Shown here: positions 60,719 through 64,000 of the stretch, one piece after another | Layout: each line of letters begins with the position of its first letter | Numbering within the stretch: position 1 is the stretch's first letter | Origin: Deferribacterales bacterium | GTDB taxonomy: Bacteria; Chrysiogenota; Deferribacteres; Deferribacterales; Geovibrionaceae | Direction of reading: 5' to 3' | Length of the DNA stretch: 64,000 nucleotides | NCBI GenBank assembly: GCA_050253075.1 | Contig: JBFWJS010000001.1 | Location: forward strand, 320,001 to 384,000 | Position numbers and translations under genes: made by a program | Notes under the pieces: model-generated | Told to the model about the DNA's origin: nothing | Seen by the model: the letters and a program-made list of their open reading frames with translations, nothing else | Database searches by the model: none

Positions 60719-61571
60719 CCTGCTGATAGCAGCACTATTAATACTTACAGCCTGCGGTAAGAAGACCGACACCATCCCTAAAGATGCGCTGGAGAATGTC
60801 CAGCCTCCGAAAGCCGTCATAGTGAAAGCTCAGGAGGAAGGCTTCTACATAGCGAATAATGAAGATGCCATTCTCTTTGTGGAAAAGGCAGAGCGTACGG
60901 GGCTCGAATGTGCGCCTTTCAGCCGTCTCGCCGTCTTGGAGCCGAAGCAGGACTATCTCGACACAGATGTAGAGATAGATAAGGAATACACATACAGACT
61001 GGTCAAACAGACAATAAGATATAAGCTGGTCTCTGCACCGAGGGAGTTCCCCGTTGTTTTCAGCCCGCCGCCTAATGTGGCAGATGCCGAGGTTGTAAAA
61101 GGCGAAGAGAACATCTCTGTCAGTATAAAGACAACGCACCCGTTCATCAGGATGGATGTCATCACCGGCGGTGAGAGCATTTTGCAGACGGGGCACGACA
61201 GCTTCAGCATTAAGCCTGAGCAGGTGGTAAATTACGCCATAGCTCTCAAGCTGATGGACATCTACGGCAACACAGGCGACCTGTACACCATTACATTCGA
61301 AGCACCTAAACCGCCCGCAGAACCGCTTAGTGATATAACAAACCTCACTGCGGCATACCTCGGCGGTGCGCTGCGCATCGTATGGGACAGTGTGGAAGGC
61401 GCAGATAGATATGAAGTATCTGTCTGTCAGGATGTTTCATGTGAAACTATTGAGTCAAAACTTCCTTTCATCGCTTACGAGAAAGAGTTTGACAAATGTA
61501 TAGATATAGCTGTACAAGCTCTGAACCCTGAACAGAGCTCAAATACAGCGAAATACAGATATTGCAGATAA
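60705..61571 (+). CDS. Lipoprotein, probably beta-rich/Fn3-like
   Basis: Lipobox LTAC-GKK; YLDTDV..D.EYTY and W.SV.GA.RY Fn3-like patterns. Confidence 0.7.
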   Translation: MKYFSLLIAALLILTACGKKTDTIPKDALENVQPPKAVIVKAQEEGFYIANNEDAILFVEKAERTGLECAPFSRLAVLEPKQDYLDTDVEIDKEYTYRLVKQTIRYKLVSAPREFPVVFSPPPNVADAEVVKGEENISVSIKTTHPFIRMDVITGGESILQTGHDSFSIKPEQVVNYAIALKLMDIYGNTGDLYTITFEAPKPPAEPLSDITNLTAAYLGGALRIVWDSVEGADRYEVSVCQDVSCETIESKLPFIAYEKEFDKCIDIAVQALNPEQSSNTAKYRYCR

Positions 61572-61585
61572 TAAGGATATAAATA

Positions 61586-62941
61586 ATGTTTACAGTAGGA
61601 ATCATCGGCAGACCGAATGTCGGTAAATCGACTCTTTTCAACAGGCTGGCAGGCAAACGCCTCGCCATCGTGGACGACATGCCCGGTGTTACCCGTGACC
61701 GTATAGAATTCACCTCCGACTGGGAGGGCGAGAGATTCCGCATTGTGGACACTGCGGGATTCGACCTGAAGGAAGAGCTGGTTAAGAAAGAGATGCAGCA
61801 GCAGTTTTACTCTGCCCTCGACGAAGCCGACTTCTTCATACTTATGTCTGACGGCATCGAAGGCGTACACCCACTCGACGAGATAGTAATAGATATGCTC
61901 CGTAAGAAAAACAAGCCTTTCCAGCTCGTGGTCAACAAAGTAGACTCCGACGGTAAGGAAAACCTGATATACGATTTCTATCGTCTCGGCGTGGAGAACA
62001 TCATCTCCATCAGCGCATCCCACGGACGTAACGTGGACATGCTTCTGGACGAAATAGTAAAGCACATCCCCGAGGGACACGACAAAATAGACCCATACGA
62101 AGGGCGCATTAAGCTCGTCGTTACCGGACGTCCGAACGTGGGTAAATCATCCATGATTAACAAGTGGCTCGGCGAGGAGAGGCTCATCGTTACGCCTATC
62201 CCCGGAACCACACGTGATGCTGTCGACACATTCTTTGAGATAGACGGCGATAAATACGTGCTCATAGACACTGCGGGTATCCGTAAGAAGAAGTCTATGT
62301 TCAAAGACAAGATTGAGAAATACGGCTATTACCGCTGGCAGGACGCCGTAGAGCGTGCCGATGTCGCCGTGTGTATCGTAGACGCCGAAGAGGGCATCAC
62401 AGAGCGCGACGTTAAAGTTATCGCCGACACATGGGAAGCGGGCAGACCAGTCATACTCGTTATAAACAAATGGGACCTTGTCGAAGAAAAAGATGAGCAG
62501 GCGAAAGCTTTCCTTAAGGATGTGGACTATAAGCTCCAATTCCTCAACAACCCGCCTATCATATATACATCTACCATCACAGGTAAGAATATATTCAAAG
62601 TATTCAAGGCTGCAAAAGACCTTTATGTAGAAGCTACTAAGCGTATCAGCACACACAAGCTCCAGCACATCATAGAAGAGGCAGTTTTCAGACATCAGCC
62701 TCCTGTTGTGAAAAACAAACGTATTAAATTTTACTACATAACTCAGGTGAGCATACTGCCGCCGGAGTTCGTAATATTCGTAAACTATCCGGACTCCGTA
62801 CACTTTTCATACCAGCGATTCCTTGTGAACCTGATAAGAGAGTTCCACGGATTCAGCGGAGTGCCCGTGAAGGTCAACCTCAGGAAACGTGGAGAGACGA
62901 AAGGCGAACGGATGTCTGAAGGACGAGACGACAGAGACTAA
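61586..62941 (+). CDS. der: Ribosome biogenesis GTPase Der (EngA)
   Basis: Two GRPNVGKS G-domains, DTAG, NKxD, C-terminal KH-like domain. Confidence 0.97.
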   Translation: MFTVGIIGRPNVGKSTLFNRLAGKRLAIVDDMPGVTRDRIEFTSDWEGERFRIVDTAGFDLKEELVKKEMQQQFYSALDEADFFILMSDGIEGVHPLDEIVIDMLRKKNKPFQLVVNKVDSDGKENLIYDFYRLGVENIISISASHGRNVDMLLDEIVKHIPEGHDKIDPYEGRIKLVVTGRPNVGKSSMINKWLGEERLIVTPIPGTTRDAVDTFFEIDGDKYVLIDTAGIRKKKSMFKDKIEKYGYYRWQDAVERADVAVCIVDAEEGITERDVKVIADTWEAGRPVILVINKWDLVEEKDEQAKAFLKDVDYKLQFLNNPPIIYTSTITGKNIFKVFKAAKDLYVEATKRISTHKLQHIIEEAVFRHQPPVVKNKRIKFYYITQVSILPPEFVIFVNYPDSVHFSYQRFLVNLIREFHGFSGVPVKVNLRKRGETKGERMSEGRDDRD

Positions 62942-62954
62942 ACACTGAATAAGC

Positions 62955-62989
62955 AAATCCCCGCTGCCGAAAGACAACGGGGATTTTTT
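62955..62989. terminator. Intrinsic terminator after der
   Basis: AAATCCCCG-loop-CGGGGATTTTTT. Confidence 0.8.
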
Positions 62990-62993
62990 GTAT

Positions 62994-63875
62994 CTAATCT
63001 CCGAACATGAAAATGTTTTTATAAACTATGTCATTATACAGCTCTGTACGAACAATATCCGTACCCAGCTCTGTGCCTTTATCATATGTCAGCAGGACTT
63101 CCCTGAGCGGTGTCACGCCTGCACCCTCGTAATATGCCACACGGGTCATCTTTCCGTCTGAGTCATACTCATAGTCTGTATATGCATCTGCCGAGCCGTC
63201 GAGGTCAGAGTCTTCCTCAATCTTGGTCAGCCTGTTCTGGGCATCATGTATATACGTCTTTGTCTCATCTGCGACGCTGTTTTCCGTTACGGCATCCTCT
63301 ATAAGGTTTCCGTTTGCGTCGAATGTAAGGGTATGCACCTGTTCGAAAACACCGTCAGGCTCAGAGTCATACTCTACGGTGGCTAACGTGCCCTCTGCGT
63401 CGTAGCTAAGCCTTACAGAGTTGATCATTGTGTCTGTGGGACGGTAAGTGTTATACCCGGTCATAGCACCTGCGGCATCGTATGTGTATGTCACTGCTTC
63501 GTCAGATTCGCCGTCGTTCCCCTCATCTGTCGTATAGCTCATAAGGTTGCCGTCGGCATCATAGTTGTACTCCATCGTTTCATCAGACATTACAATCTTT
63601 ATAAGGTTGCCGTCCGCATCAAATGTATATGCGGAGCTTTCAAGCTGTGTGCCGTCACTGTCCAACTGGTTCAGAGTGCTCAGATAGTTATCAGCACCGT
63701 ATACCAGCTCGTATGAATACGAAAGCTCTGCCGCACGGGGAGCTCCGTCCGCATAGATATCGATCTTTGACAAACGGTAAGGTCCTGTATAGGCATCGTC
63801 TGTGGAGCTGCCCGATGAACCGCCGCATCCTGCGATAAGCGCCGCTGTGGCGATCGTTAAAATAAGTTTCTTCAT
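62994..63875 (-). CDS. YD/RHS-like repeat lipoprotein
   Basis: Lipobox LIAGC-GGSS; repeated Y.YDADGNL / FDANGNL units; start at MKKLIL after GAGGTGA. Confidence 0.78.
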   Translation of the reverse strand: MKKLILTIATAALIAGCGGSSGSSTDDAYTGPYRLSKIDIYADGAPRAAELSYSYELVYGADNYLSTLNQLDSDGTQLESSAYTFDADGNLIKIVMSDETMEYNYDADGNLMSYTTDEGNDGESDEAVTYTYDAAGAMTGYNTYRPTDTMINSVRLSYDAEGTLATVEYDSEPDGVFEQVHTLTFDANGNLIEDAVTENSVADETKTYIHDAQNRLTKIEEDSDLDGSADAYTDYEYDSDGKMTRVAYYEGAGVTPLREVLLTYDKGTELGTDIVRTELYNDIVYKNIFMFGD

Positions 63876-64000
63876 TTCGTCACCTCTCAAAATAATTTAC
63901 ACACAAACAATCATAATAAATCTTAGCATTTTGAACATAGATTCACCACTATTTATGATTATCTAAGGGTTATTAACTTTCCAGCCTAACTTAACACTGG

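Overview
A mostly housekeeping 64-kb bacterial chromosome segment. Gene content and order resemble an anaerobic diderm such as Deferribacterota (Denitrovibrio/Seleniivibrio/Geovibrio-like); this taxonomy is inference only. Core loci are tkt-rlmB, rlmH-dksA, gpmI-comF, gap-pgk, ccsA-hemA-hemC-hemD-hemB, ruvB-radA-fabI, pta-ackA, CIRCE-hrcA-grpE-dnaK-dnaJ and argH-lipoprotein-der. There are also LPS heptosyltransferases, transporters, several regulators (LysR, AraC, TetR, MocR), two orphan histidine kinases and an MCP. The most notable locus is a tightly coupled operon at 42975-49639. It encodes a LuxP homologue that keeps the borated AI-2 binding residues. Its partner has a LuxQ-like periplasmic domain fused to PAS-PAS-GGDEF-EAL instead of a histidine kinase, making it a candidate AI-2-to-c-di-GMP receptor. 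Other oddities are a crotonase pair with complementary active-site losses, an MCP with a Cys-rich HAMP insertion and a degenerate CZB-like tail, two families of intergenic palindromic elements (three copies inside the heat-shock operon), a sigma54-activator HTH remnant and a possible ATT start codon. I found no rRNA, tRNA, CRISPR array, transposase or prophage.
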